From assembly GCF_006345805.1 (NCBI RefSeq), contig NC_043011.1, positions 54,572,464 to 54,636,463 of the forward strand: 64,000 nt of DNA, in the 5' to 3' direction. Below the pieces are notes generated by a model. That model made no database searches. It saw nothing but the letters and a program-made list of their open reading frames with translations, and was not told the origin of the DNA. Of the stretch, positions 39,894 to 54,592 are shown piece by piece (the first letter of the stretch is position 1; each line of letters opens with the position of its first letter). A program made the position numbers and the translations under genes. This DNA is from Octopus sinensis (Eukaryota).

Positions 39894-40374
39894 CATATAT
39901 ATATGTACTAACAGGAGTACCCGGCGTTGCTCGGGTATTAAATACTCGGCAATGGTCTTAATAGGTTCTACCATGTTTTTCGTTGTACATCTCTTTGAAT
40001 ATTTTTTGTGTTAAGCTGCAAACATTGACATTGAGGAAGAAGTGATTTTTCTCAAGTGTCATTTATTAGTTGAACAACCAAACGCCAGAGGAGGTGCTCG
40101 AAATTCGGGTAATGGTGGTGGAGGGAAATGTTTACATATCACACAATGCCTTGCCATCACAGGCATTTTATCCTATGAGATTGGTGTTGAAAAGATATTG
40201 TCTAATTGTTGGGGGATTAGTGTAAACGGCGCGAACTAAGTGCCAGTAGTCATTTTTGTACGCGAAGGAGTGAGAGTGCAAGGTTGACCTAGACCAAGCC
40301 CTCTGCAAAAAGGTGAAGCTGTTGGAGTGGGAGGAGTGTCCACGTTTTGCAGTTTTCTGTAGAACCAGGATGCA

Positions 40375-41058
40375 CATGGACAAACCCTCCATATTTGCTG
40401 GACATTGCCCCATCTGATTATCATTTATTCCGCAGGCTTCAAAATCATTTGAACGGAAAAAATATGAATTCTGTAGACGAAGTCAGAACAGTACTGGATG
40501 AGTATTTTCCATCACAGACAAGTGAATTTTGGAAGAGGGGCCTTGCAAGTCTACCAGATGGATGGAAAAGCATTGTAGAATTTGCTTTCAAAGATTGGTG
40601 CTTACTCTTCATTGTAGAAAATGAAGGAGAGTATATTTTAGATTAAAAAATAACTTTCTTTCTTTTAATTTTGAAATATAAAAGGAGTATAAAAACAGAA
40701 ACCCGTGGAGGCGCAGTGGCCCAGTGGTTAGGGCTGTGGACTCGCGGTCGGAGGATCGCGGTTTCGATTCCCTGACCGGGCGTTGTGTGTGTTTGTAGAG
40801 CGAAAACACCTAAAAAGCTCCACGAGGCTCCGACAGGGGATGGTGGCGACCCCTGTTGAACTCTTTCGCCCCAACTTTCTCTCACTCTCTCTTCCTGTTT
40901 CTTGAGTAACGCTGCGATGGACTGGTGTCCCGTCCAGCTGGGAGGAATACATACGCCACAGAAACCGAGAAACCGGGCCCATGAGCCTGGCTAGTCTTGA
41001 AAAGGGCGCATAAATAATAAAATTTTAAAAATCCACTTTATTTATGGGATGATCCAAT
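40375..41058 (+). pseudogene. Mariner transposase C-terminus with SINE C inserted before the 3' TIR
   Basis: PPYLLDIAPSDYHLFRRLQNHLNGKN...ENEGEYILD. End-like ttatgggatgatccaata near 41042-41059. Confidence 0.88.
40704..41015 (+). mobile_element. SINE family C, tail type 2
   Basis: tRNA-like head ggaggcgcagtggcccagtggttagg...gtttcgattccc. Confidence 0.88.
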
Positions 41059-41572
41059 ATATATACACACAATTTAATTTTTATTATTTTCATTAAAAAA
41101 ATTATTTAAGCAAAATTATCTAAGTCTGTATTTAAACCTAGGGGCTTATTTTTGGTAAAAGCTGTATTTTAAAAATGAAATAAAATAAAATTGATTTTAA
41201 AAATACAATAAAGTTCGTCTAATTAGTCATCCTTAAGAGAAAATTGAAAATGACGAATTAGGTGAAGTAATGAATTAGCCAAAGATTAATTAGACTAATT
41301 CTACTGTATTAATGCTAATTAATAAATTTTACTTATGATTTATTTGTCAGATTAATTTTTTTTTTCAATGTGAAAGAATTGACTGAGCAGATGGTTGATT
41401 TGAAACGATTTAATGGCCATTTTACTGCAATCAATGTTTTTTTTCTTTTTGTAATGGGATTTCAATTCAAGAAAAAAAATCTTGTGCAATATTATTTACA
41501 ACTTCATATTTTATTGTTTGTACTAGATACAACTAAATAAAATGACTATTTTAATTGTATACTTCAAAAGAC

Positions 41573-41853
41573 GTGGAGGCGCAATGGCCCAGTGGTTTAG
41601 GGCAGCGTTTTCGATTCACAGACCGGGCGTTGTGAGTGTTTATTGAGCGAAAACACCTAAAGCTCCACGAAGCTCCGGCTGGGGGTGGTGGCGATCCCTG
41701 ATCTACTCTTTCGCCGCAACTTTCTCTCACTCTTTCTGCTGTTGGCCTGCTCGCTCAGCCAGCGGGGTGGCGTATTTGAAGGCTAAAATAATGCGAAGCG
41801 CATTGTGACCAGCGATGTATAGCAACAGCTGATAGCTTGGTCAGTCACGTGAT
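41573..41853 (+). mobile_element. SINE family C, tail type 1, 10-bp TSD
   Basis: ttcaaaagac at 41563-41572 and 41854-41863. Confidence 0.9.
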
Positions 41854-42711
41854 TTCAAAAGACATGATTAAAAAATTTTGTTTAAATTCATTTTTGATTA
41901 TTTTTGTACCATGTTTTTAAAGATTTACTTGTTTTTTAGATTCTCATAATAAATAAAATAAATTACTTCAAATTATTTCAAATCATTTCATAATAAATAA
42001 AATAAATTACTTCAAATTTTAATTTTTAAAATGTTATTCTTAGCTGCAATATTTTAAGTACAGTAGAATTTTAATTTTAACTACTTTTTAGTTTCCTTTG
42101 GAGGTGACGAATTAGGGAAATTCTATTGTAGAAATCTTGTTCCGTATTTTTCCATTTATAATAATAACTTAAGAATATTAACATGCATGCGCCCGCATTT
42201 TTCATTGTAATCCTTTTTTTTTTTCCACGCAATACAATAAACCTAATAAATATTCTTTTGTTAAAAAATATTTGAATTATTTTTCATTGTCGATGATTGA
42301 ATTAAAATAAGGATTTTATGTTGTGTTTTTTTTTTAATTTTCACATATTTTTTCTTAAATTCTAAAAATAAGAAAAAGTTATCCCGACAAGGTTTCGTAG
42401 CATTGGCTAATATAAAAATGATTTTAAGGATACATCCACCGTAAGGCATGAAGAGTCACCTGCCCTTTTGTTTTTACTGAACAGCATTACTAGAAACCTC
42501 CAGGTCTGTCCATTGAAAAAACAGAAACATAAACAATATTGTATCATTAAATTTTGAGGGATAACTTTTTTTTAAATGAAGTTTTCATACATATGCTAAA
42601 ATTCCATGTTATAATACAATTTTCATAAACCAATTTAAAACTGCAATTTCTATAAATAAAAAACATTGACTAAGTAGCGCTATTGGACCTCCGGATTGGA
42701 AAAAATTCAGC

Positions 42712-42968
42712 AGTGTTTAGGCATAAGTGAACTTTAGGTTAGTTAAAATATGTTTGCGATATATTTCAAATTCTAAAGACAAATTCACTGCAGTTACCAT
42801 GGAGAAAAAAATTCTCTTGTACGGTAAAAGGTGTGAAAACACCATATCTGCCCAGAATCGCGACACTGGGCAAATATGGTAACTACAGCGAATTTGCCTT
42901 TAGGAGTTGAAATAAGTCAACAAACATTTTAATTAACCCGAAGTTCGCTTATGCCTAAACAACGCTTG
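42712..42968. repeat. ~90-bp diverged inverted repeat (MITE-like), third arm at 43618-43710
   Basis: gtttaggcataagtgaac...gcagttaccat pairs with atggtaactacag...gttcgcttatgcctaaac. Confidence 0.7.
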
Positions 42969-42999
42969 GCGCTGATACTGTTGAATTTCAAAGTAAATT

Positions 43000-43490
43000 G
43001 AAGTGAAACAATAATAGGAGGATAACAACTGAAATGGTGACTGAGCAGACAACAAAGGTTCTGAACTGGAAATGTCCAGGTCAAGATGGGGTACAAGGGT
43101 ACTGATGGAAAAAACTACCAGCATTATGTGAAAGAATAGCTGTGGATACCCACAGGGAAAATATGGTTCTTTGCCAAATGAACCCTGTTAAAGGAAATGC
43201 AGTGAATAATTACTGATCAATCTCTTGCCTACACTTGATGTTGAAGTTGATGACAAGAATAATATCTCATTTGCGTATGACTTCCTTGAAATGAATGACA
43301 AACTGCCAGTGGAACTGAAGGGATGTAGGAAGAATAGATGAGGGACAAAGGATAAACTTCTGATAGACAGAATGGTACTGAATAATTGTAAAAAACGATA
43401 TACTAATCTGATTATGGCATGAATTGATTATGAGATGGTGTATGACGTGGTTCTCCATTCCTGGATTTTAGAAAGTCTTGAATTGGTATA
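43000..43490 (+). pseudogene. Non-LTR retrotransposon RT fragment, R4/Dong-like
   Basis: GCRKNR*GTKDKLLIDRMVLNNCKKRYTNLIMA*IDYEMVYDVVLHSWILESL resembles the recalled GTKDQLLID...WIDYKKAYDSVPHSWI motif. Confidence 0.8.
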
Positions 43491-44077
43491 GGTGTTGACT
43501 GTGTTTTAGTTAATGTTACAGCTTTAAATCTGCCCAGAATTATCTCTCTTTGGAATTTCCCATTGACAACGACTAAAGAGCTAGAACCGCTGTATCTGGA
43601 AATCCGAAGGGGTAAAACTGGGCAGATATGGTAACTGTGATGAATTTGTCTTTAGTTGTTGAACTATGTCACATACATTTTAACTAGTTTAGAATTCGAT
43701 TATATTCTAGTTTCAAAACTGATTGTGATTAGGCAGAGATTGATTTTTAAGTGATAGTGTTCGAACATGGATCGGTTTCCAAACTCATCTACCGTTGTAG
43801 AAGGCAACTGTACTTGTAATCTAGAATGTTACGATGTAACTCCTCGATATTACACGCTTTTGCGCCGAAAATGCCTCAAAATCCCGTCAAATAAATACTA
43901 ACCCAATTCTTCTTAGAATGATGTCACATCAACATACACTCCTGAAAGAGCGATTTTCTTTCAAAAGTTCTGTACACCGGAAACATCTAAGAGAAATATT
44001 AAATCAAATTTATTTTTCTTGCAATTTTTAAAAAATTTTCCTCAAAGTTAAAGTATATTTAAAGTATATCACAAGCA

Positions 44078-44500
44078 CGGGGTGTATATAAATCGTCTAG
44101 ATTAAAATATATCATTCTCTGGGTTTGTATAAATCATCTAGGTTGTACTATATTATACACACACTGGGTGTATATAAACCATACCAATTGAAATCTATCA
44201 CTTATGGGTTGTATATAAACAATGTTATAGAGTGGGTATTATTAAGAGTATTTAAACCAAAAAGATTATGCTTTGACTCTGATTTGGTGTATATAGAATA
44301 AGGCTATAGAATGTCTATGATTGGGTGTGTATGAACTAAAAGGCTTTACAAAGTCTTTGCAGTGTATATAGATTAACGAGGTTATATAATATCTATGACT
44401 GGGTGTGTATAAAACAACAAGGTTATACGGTGTGTATGATCGGGTGTATATACACTAACAAGGATATAAAATGTCACTGGGTGTATATTAAGCATCTGGG
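44078..44500. repeat. Old ~40-bp minisatellite with core gggtgtatataaa
   Basis: The core recurs about 10 times at roughly 40-bp spacing. Confidence 0.7.
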
Positions 44501-44659
44501 TTATGGAAATAACTATTTCCTTTAAATGTTCAAAATTATTTTCAAGCTCCCTGTGCAGTGTGTAGAAGCAAGTCAGGAAGAAGGAAACCACACTTACGTC
44601 TTAAAAGTCTCAACTTTTATTCTTCTATCAGCAAATAAAATTTTGCCGAATAAGAAAGG

Positions 44660-44661
<2 letters not shown>

Positions 44662-44693
<32 letters not shown>

Positions 44694-45007
44694 GCACACA
44701 CACACACACATACACACACACACAAGCACACACACACACACACACACTCACATACAAGCACACACACACACACACGCACACACACACACACACAACACAC
44801 ACAACACACACACACACAAGCACACACCACACACACACACACATACACACACACACACAGCACACACACACACACACACACACTCACACACAAGCACACA
44901 CACACACACATACACACACACACAAGCACACACACACACACACACTCACATACAAGCACACACACACACACACGCACACACACTCACACACAAGCACACA
45001 CACACAT

Positions 45008-45040
<33 letters not shown>

Positions 45041-45054
45041 TACACACACACACA

Positions 45055-45093
<39 letters not shown>

Positions 45094-45191
45094 CACACAC
45101 ACACACACACACAAGCACACACACACACACTCACACACACATACGCACACACACTCACACACAAGCACACGCACACACACACACACACACA

Positions 45192-45213
<22 letters not shown>
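44662..45213. repeat. Long compound (CA)n tract
   Basis: Read directly. It explains the 251-aa HT-repeat ORF. Confidence 0.98.
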
Positions 45214-45224
<11 letters not shown>

Positions 45225-46559
45225 CAGAAGTGCGCACCGTTAATTGAAAAGTTAACTTCGTTAATCACACTAATCCGTTAATCAAAAAGTTAACCCTTTC
45301 TACTGTATGCACAAGGCTTGAAATTTTAGTGGGAGGGAACTAGTCAACTTAATCGACCCCAGTGTTTCACTGGTACTTAATTTATCGACCTCGAAAGGAT
45401 GAAAGGAAAAGTCGACCCCGGCGGAATTTGAACTCAAAGTAGAGGCAGACGAAATACCTATTTCTTTACTACTCACAAGGGGCTAAACATAGAGGGGACA
45501 AACAAGGACAGACAAACGGATTAAGTCGATTATATCGACCCCAGTGCGTAACTGGTACATAATTTATCGACCCCGAAAGGATAAAAGGCAAAGTCGACCT
45601 CGGCGGAATTTGAACTCAGAACGTAACGGCAAACAAAATACCTATATCTGCTAGCTCGCCACCTTTGGCTATTTAAATAATGCGCTGGTAGATAGCTGAT
45701 GGGTTGCATGTGATGCTGATGAGAGAGCAATAACTCCCGAAATATGCATATACACCTACAAGCTATTTTTTCTGTCTGTGATCGCATTCTTAACATAAAC
45801 GTTTTTGTATACGAAACGCCATAATTTTCAGTGCTAATTCTGAATTCTATAGATAATCCATAGAGATAAACTTCAAAGTGATATAACAGCGCACAGACTG
45901 TCTCCTCTTCGGCCGAGCCATTTGCAATTTCTTCAAGTAGGAAATGAAGAGAAAACTGAGGATGGAGTAAGATGGGCTTCCCTCAATAAGTTTACAAAGA
46001 GGTAGGTAAGAGTGGGAAACAAGGCCCAAATAATTGGACCTGTACGTGCAGAACACAGTGGGGAGGGAGCATTTACACTTGGCGTTAAAAATAATCTTAA
46101 ATCCGTGAGATTCTCTGAATCTGTACCCAACACCCAACCACGTGTCCTTCCGGTTAGGATTTTATACTTTGTTTTACGTTTTATATTTAACGTATTTTTA
46201 TACCGTTTTCTCGCACTTTGTCCTTGTAATGTCCTCGTCTGTCACCCTTGCGGCAAATATACAATTATTATGCATTATTTCTTCTGGCTCTTTACGGTCC
46301 GTGTTCAAATCTCGCTGAAGTCAATTTTGTCTTCCTTGTGCACTGGGGGCCGATAATGTAAAGTATCAGTGAAGTGACTTAATACTGGGGTTCGATGTTA
46401 TCAAATTGCCGGCTACAGACCAAAATCAGAAACTACTACTACTACTACTACTACTACTGCGACGACGACGACGACGACAACGACGACGAATAATGCCAAC
46501 AACCACTAAAACTACACAAATAAAAAAGAAATAAAAATAGATGAAAAAACTGTTTATCA

Positions 46560-46607
46560 GATATTATTATTATTATCATCATCATCATTATTTTTATTAT
46601 TATTACT

Positions 46608-46663
<56 letters not shown>

Positions 46664-46740
46664 TATTATTATTATTATTATTATTATCATCATCATCATC
46701 ATCATCATCATTATTATTATTATTATTATTATTACTATTA

Positions 46741-46794
<54 letters not shown>

Positions 46795-46855
46795 TATTAT
46801 TACTACTATTATGATTATTATTATTATTACTATTATGATTATTATTATTATTACT

Positions 46856-46932
<77 letters not shown>

Positions 46933-46976
46933 TATTATTTTTATTACCATTATTATTACTGTTGTTGTTATTATTA
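46560..46976. repeat. (ATT)n/(ATC)n tract
   Basis: Read directly from the sequence. Confidence 0.98.
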
Positions 46977-47294
46977 AATATTAATGACAGTTAATGAAGG
47001 GACAAAAGGAAGCAATAATTCAAGAATGTATGATCAATTAAAGATGGCGACCTTCAGATTAGATTCGTCGATTGTTTGATGGCGTGTATGTGGTGAAACG
47101 TCATCAATAAAACTCAAACATCGAGACAGCGAAACAGTGGGGAAAAAACAGGCAGACATCTCCTCTATGTCTGCTCTAGCAAATTGATTTCCAGGAATCC
47201 AATTTGACAAATAAATATATTAGTTGTTCGCGTAAACATACATATACACGTATGAGTTTGTGTATGTGTGTGTGTGTGTGCGCGCGCCCATAAC

Positions 47295-47694
<400 letters not shown>

Positions 47695-47804
47695 CGTGTG
47701 TGTGTGTTTGTGTCGAGTTATAATAAAAACTATTGAACATGCAACCGAAGAAATGCACCATATATTTTGGTAGAGTTCACGTTTGCTAAATTTTTACAAG
47801 AAGT

Positions 47805-47902
47805 AAGGTGACAGTGACTTCGAAGTTTCAGCCTGCTATCTTTCTTCGGACAGTCCGATGACGACGGCTAGCAAGCCGAAGCTTCGAAGTCACTATCACC
47901 TT
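47805..47902. ncRNA. Head-to-head fold-back pair of degenerate hammerhead motifs
   Basis: Plus: gacagt CCGATGA cgac GGCT-agca-AGCC GAAG CTTCGAAG TC actatc. Minus: CCGAAGA aagat-agca-ggct GAAA CTTCGAAG TC actgtc. Confidence 0.65.
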
Positions 47903-47995
47903 TCTTTTGAAAGTCAACAACCAGAAAAGAGATTTTAAACTATAATTAAGTTAATATTATGTAAATTAAATTTGCATTCGATTCTTAACTACATC

Positions 47996-48825
<830 letters not shown>

Positions 48826-49844
48826 ACAGACACAGAAAAGAAGGAAAACCGCTCAGGGCTTATAATTATTATTATCATTATTATGCGATGTCTTTTTCTT
48901 ATGAGTGAGAAATCATATATAAGAATATTTCCATATAATTCCTTTTTTTTTCTCGTTTTTTCTTTGTATTGTTTTGATTTGGATATCCTAGGAGCTGCAG
49001 TTAACTTTATTTCACTCTCATTTGGAGCTTATCGATGCAATATAACCTGGGAACATGAAACTAGATGATCTATGTTCATTTAAAACATTTAGTAATTATA
49101 TACGCTCGATTTTCTTTTCTTCTTTTTTTCTTACTCTCTTAACGGTGGAGAAAAGAAGTGAAAAGAAAGAGGGGGGCAATGAACACCTCTGAGTCATTCA
49201 AAATTAAAATTAACAGTATACACTCTACGATCGATATTTTCTATTCTCTTTACTTTTAACAGTGGAGGGGAGATGAAGAGGGAAAGATATTGAGTGATAG
49301 ACAGAATGAAAGTCTCATACATGTCTAGAATTTCATTCTGGAAGTCCTTGAAGGATCTTATTTCATTTCTCCTGATTACTGTAATTTTTTTCCAGTACTT
49401 ATTCACCTTGTTTGATTGTTCTTCACGTACACTACGTAAAGCCCCTTTGTGTTTTTTGCGAAGGGAAGTCGAAAATTATCCGCACTTTTGCCAAAACTTT
49501 CTTTTAGATTTCTTTTGTAGTTCTTCCGTGTTGCAGATTTCAAAATTGTTTTCCTCAAATTTCAGAGTATTTTATCATAACATTTGCATCTGTGAAATAG
49601 GACAGCTTGGAACTGTCCATTTGCATGTCATAAGATCCATTTCATAATACAGTTTGTACATATATTCTGAATATAGTTTTATATGAATTTTTAATAATTG
49701 AATGCGTTAATTTTAACAGATGGGGAAGGAATTAATAAGGGGGTATTTAATGAAAGCTCTTCCTAAGGGTAAACTCTATATCGTTCATCCTCCCTTATGG
49801 AGAGAAAGATATGTATATATATATATATATATAATTGTTAAGGC

Positions 49845-49917
49845 ACGGTTACTGATGAGAATTCGCCTAGTAAATTATCTTATTTGCTAAAATAATCTGA
49901 AAACTAGGTATAACCGT
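49845..49917 (+). ncRNA. Type-I hammerhead ribozyme motif
   Basis: acggtta CTGATGA gaatt...tagtaaat-tatctt-atttgcta...aatct GAAA ACTAGG TA taaccgt. Stem I is 7 bp and perfect. Confidence 0.75.
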
Positions 49918-50165
49918 AAATAATAACAAGGTAAAAGTTTTAAAATTGCTCTTAAATGTGGTTTTGGTCGTTTTAACTGCTTCTTCTAGCGTGTAAAAAT
50001 TACCTATTAAAGGTAATCTTCTCTTTTGTTTAAATGTACACTATTTTATATATATATATATTGCTAGAAAAGGTAAGGCAACAAAAGAATGAAAGAGACC
50101 TCGATATTATGTAAATAGCGGAATTTATCTATAAAAGTAATATGTGACGATTATTCGGTAGCCAT

Positions 50166-50226
50166 GATAAAACTCCGAGTTTCGGATGTCGGGGTGGAAA
50201 TCCACGCCGCCATCTCTTCAGTTATC
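50166..50226 (-). ncRNA. Type-I hammerhead ribozyme motif
   Basis: Reverse complement reads gataa CTGAAGA GATGgCGGcGTGG-attt-CCACcCCGaCATC c GAAA CTCGGAG TT ttatc. Confidence 0.75.
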
Positions 50227-50730
50227 CGGCCATCGGAAAAAATGCTACGAAAAAATATATATATATAAAGAGACAGACATAGAGACAGACAGAGAGGGAA
50301 TGAATGATTAATAGTATTAATACTAGTAAAATTAATTTGAAATTTACCTACCTGTATTCTTCGGATATCTTTCAATGGACTAAAATATTTTCTTTGCATC
50401 ATTTAGAAAAAAAAACATGAACGACGTTGCTGTAAAAAAGATCACGCTTTTGATATATGTTTAACCAATGTGGTGTATATAAGTGTGTGTGTGTGTGTGG
50501 TGTGTGTGTGTGTGTGTGTGTGTGCGCGTGTGTGTGTGTGTGTGTGCATGTGTGTGTGCGCGTGTGTTTGTTCACATATACCCAAAATCGAGCTCTTTTG
50601 CATGAAATCAAAAATGTTATCTCTTCTATGATTTTTTTCGCCTTTCTGCTGAATTAATACACCAGGAAGTAATCGAACAGGCTTTCCTTTCATTTTCTCT
50701 CGATGATATGTTTTGTTTCATAGCCTGCGC

Positions 50731-50803
<73 letters not shown>

Positions 50804-52032
50804 CGTGCGCATATGTGTTTATGTCTCTGCGCATGTGGGTGTTCTTAGGAAATGCATGAAGATTACAATATTCCATTCCCCTTGTTCCTTAAAGCATAAT
50901 ACCTGTGTCCGTTCGATGCACTTGTTTGAAAAATGCTTTGATCTGAAATTGCGTGTTGAAACTAACTGCAATATTACAGTCATATTAGCCAAGTAAAACC
51001 CACATAAACCGTTGTGTCAGTTCTGTTTTTAAGTTTTACAATAGTATTAAATAGCAACTTGTTCCGTTTACGACCTACTCGTTAAGTATCAGGCCGTTAA
51101 TGTGCATCGTGAGACTTTTGATACTTAATAATATAACTATTTATATAAACCGAAGTGAATATAACAGTGATAATAATGTGAATTTCAAATTGCTAATATA
51201 TCTTTAGTATGCTACAACAGTAAGCTTGGGTCTTGTTCAAGAGATATAAATACCTCTCAAAGGAAGGTACAGTTATCAGGCTTGCAGAAACAGCAACATA
51301 GATTCAGTCGCCATCTCTGGATAATATACTTCACTTGGGAAAGCATGAACGCCACAGTACTTCATTCTCTAAAAGTGTCACACTTTCCCTACGGCAAAAT
51401 AAATAAATTTATTTATTAAATGTTTGAAGTATATCGGTCAACACCACGATAAGCTACTTCTTGTTCGAAATTGAGATTCGGTTTCGATTCGCAGCTGACC
51501 TAAATTTACGTCACTCGTCACAAACGTCCTTGGAAAACAGCGCTGGCAGCAGACATTTTTGTACGAGGATTTATCTTCAACTTTAATTGGGTGGGGCTAG
51601 ATTCTGTAGATGTATGGAGTATATTTCACAGTTTCTGGCAATAAAACATTATATATTTTTATCAATAATCTACATGTGCGTTTAAAGAGAGTGGAGAAAA
51701 GTATATACGTACATAAAGCGAAACATACAGCCTTTGTACGCTGACTATAAATTTTCATTTGTAAATATCATCCTAGGTGCATTAAACTATTTAACTATGA
51801 GCTCACACAAAAACCTAGAAATGCTAGGATTTCCTCAGAAAGAGCTAAAGAAACTGACTTGCATCCTCCAACTCCCATCTATCAGCAGCACAGTGAAAAG
51901 TTTGAAGACATTCCCAAGATTCTCATGAGATTCTTTAAATGAATATATGTACACAATTTAGTGAATTCATCTACAAAGACACATATTTAAAAAGTAATGA
52001 TGCACACACATACACATACACGCACACGCGGA

Positions 52033-52390
52033 CACAGAACATATGTGCATAGATGTACATACGTATATACACACACTAACTCAACGACATATTGATAAAT
52101 CTCTTTACTCAAAAAGTCTTGTCACGTTGTTAGCGGCCGGTCAGACCTCCACTAAGAAGAATATAAATATATTATGCATACACATGCAAATAAACGTGCA
52201 CACACACATGCGCGCGCACAGAACATATGTGCATAGATGTACATATGTATATACACACACTAACTCAACGACATATTTATAAATCTCTTTACTCAGAAAG
52301 TCTTGTCACGTTGTTAGCGGCCTCTAAGACGAATATAAATATATCATACATACATAGATACATACACAAATAAACGTACACACACACACA
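52033..52390. repeat. ~184-bp tandem duplication
   Basis: cagaacatatgtgcatagatgtacat...aagtcttgtcacgttgttagcggcc occurs twice. Confidence 0.9.
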
Positions 52391-53049
52391 TACACATACA
52401 TGCACACATACATATGTATACGACGGATTTCTTCCGATATCTATGTACCAAATCTACTCACAAGTCTTTCGTCAGCCCGATGCTTTAGAAGAAGTCTCTC
52501 GCGCAAGGTGCCACGCAGTTGGGCTGAACCGAAAACCATGTCGCCGGGAAGCAAACTTCTTACCACAAATCCACGTCTGCACCTGTTTATACAAATATTT
52601 TTGTTGGTAGCTAACGAAATGGCTAGTCATTCGGATTCACCCATCTCTAAGCTTCTGAAACGAATGTTTCTCGTCGGACAGGTTTTAAAGCACGTATATA
52701 TCTACGGGATTTTCTCCAACTCAGTTTATAAAACCCTACAATGCCCCGGGGTCCGTTATATTCCTCAATTTTTCTTCTTTTCATCAACAATCCACACTAC
52801 TGAGATGTCACAAATCTTCACGTCTGAGATGGTTTAAATTTTCACTTTTCGACACAGGCTTGGGAACAGGAGGTACTGGGAGGTGCAAGCACACCCATTA
52901 AAATTTTGTAGGAAGTGAAGGCATTCGGTGAACATTCGGTGTTGGATCTGGGTTTGCACCCACTTAGTAAACTACGTTCCCGCGCCTATGTTTTTTGATA
53001 ACCTTAGGCACACGAGCGTCATCCACTCGTAAAGGACTCTTAATATATA

Positions 53050-53465
53050 TATTTCTTTATTACCCACAAGGGGCTAAACATAGAGGAGACAAACAAGGAC
53101 AGACAAAGGTATTAAGTCGATTACCTCTACCCCAGTGCGCAACTGGTACTTAGTTTATCGACCCCGAAAAGATGAAAGGCAAAGTCGACCTCGGCGGAAT
53201 TTGAACTCAAAACGTAATGGCAGACGAAAAGCCTATTTCTTTACTACCCACAAGGGGCTAAACACAGAGAGGACAAACAAGGACAAACAAACGGATTAAG
53301 TCGATTATATCGACCCCAGTGCGTAATTGGTACTTAGTTTATCGACCCCGAAAAGATGAAAGGCAAAGTCGACCTCGGCGGAATTTGAACTCAGAACGTA
53401 ACGGCAGACGAAATACGGTTAAGCATTTCGCCCGGTGTGCTAACGTGTCTGCCAGCTCGCCGCCT
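53050..53465 (-). mobile_element. Dimeric SINE B
   Basis: Two tandem 3' bodies on one head. The same architecture occurs at 30130, 45310 and 57345. Confidence 0.9.
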
Positions 53466-53898
53466 GGACGTACTTAAGGGCATCCTCCAACGGACAAATT
53501 ATGAACAAGTCTCTTTAGGTAGCATCGAAGCAGAATTACTGTACATGACAAGGAAATAAAAAGTGCCACTTAGGGGCAAAACCTGACTAAATAATATATA
53601 CACTAGCTAGCTCCGTGCTGTCAAAAATGACGGCTAGTTGTAGCATTTTGTATATAAATATGGATGGTAAATCAAATTAATACACTCGTCAATGTTATTT
53701 AGTGGTTGTGTTTTGACATGTGACATCGATCATCGTTTGTTACTGAAATAACGCTGGTTCACACATACAAACATTCACATACTTCCCTTGTACACGCACA
53801 CATATACAGACATGTACTCACACAGAGTTGAAACGCTGTTTGATTTTCCTTTTCAGCGCTGAATGTTCACCATCCTATTTCATTGCACACACACAAAC

Positions 53899-53964
<66 letters not shown>

Positions 53965-54468
53965 AACATTCACACACCTCCCTTTTACATGCTAACACTG
54001 ATTTGAAACGCACCCATTACCAAGTTTGCCATCACCCCTTCTGTCCTTATTCATCTATTACTCCTTCCTTCCTCATTCATATGTTGTGTCGGAGAAAAAC
54101 ACAAGAGCATTACCATAGTAGATTATAGTTCGTTCTGACAGAACATCCAAGTTTAAGTGGAGATAAATATTTCCTCCACCTATTAATACTACCCTTGTCA
54201 CTAATATATATTTTTTAACAAGCTCACTGACTGATCGCAACACCAGTGTGTGTTGTGGCAGTATTATTCTATATATCGCTGGCGGAGAGATGAGTCACTG
54301 CTACCTCTGTAGTCGAGTAAAATGTTCTCGTGTAAAGGCAAAAGTAAGCCAAAATATTTCTGTTAAATTATATCATAATTCAAACAACAATTGCAGCGTG
54401 GAAGGTGTTTATAAGCCATTTAAGAAACACACAAAAACCGTTAGATTCACTTCAACATTTAAATTTAA

Positions 54469-54519
54469 TTTGTCAAAATATTTTCGTCGCTTTGATACCG
54501 CGACCTGTTCACTGACAAA
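54469..54519 (-). ncRNA. Hammerhead motif with G3:C8 compensatory core
   Basis: Reverse complement reads tttgtca GTGAACA g GTCGC-ggtatcaaa-GCGAC GAAA ATAT TT tgacaaa. Confidence 0.7.
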
Positions 54520-54592
54520 ACTTCGTGCTATGCAAGTACATCTCCGTATATCATAATTATATTTTGAAAAAAAAAGTCTTATTCGTATATTT

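Noticed and set aside
43762-43796. Possible hammerhead on the minus strand (TAGATGA gtttg GAAA CCGA TC)
   Set aside because: Two core mismatches, no stem II closure and no stem I.
44526-45281. 251-aa ORF, the longest in the window
   Set aside because: It is (CA)n read-through. The same applies to the YI, LSIY, CV, poly-Y and poly-V/S/T ORFs.
49310-49600. Lys-rich minus-strand reading frame
   Set aside because: Internal stop and no recognisable motif. At most an old transposon relic.
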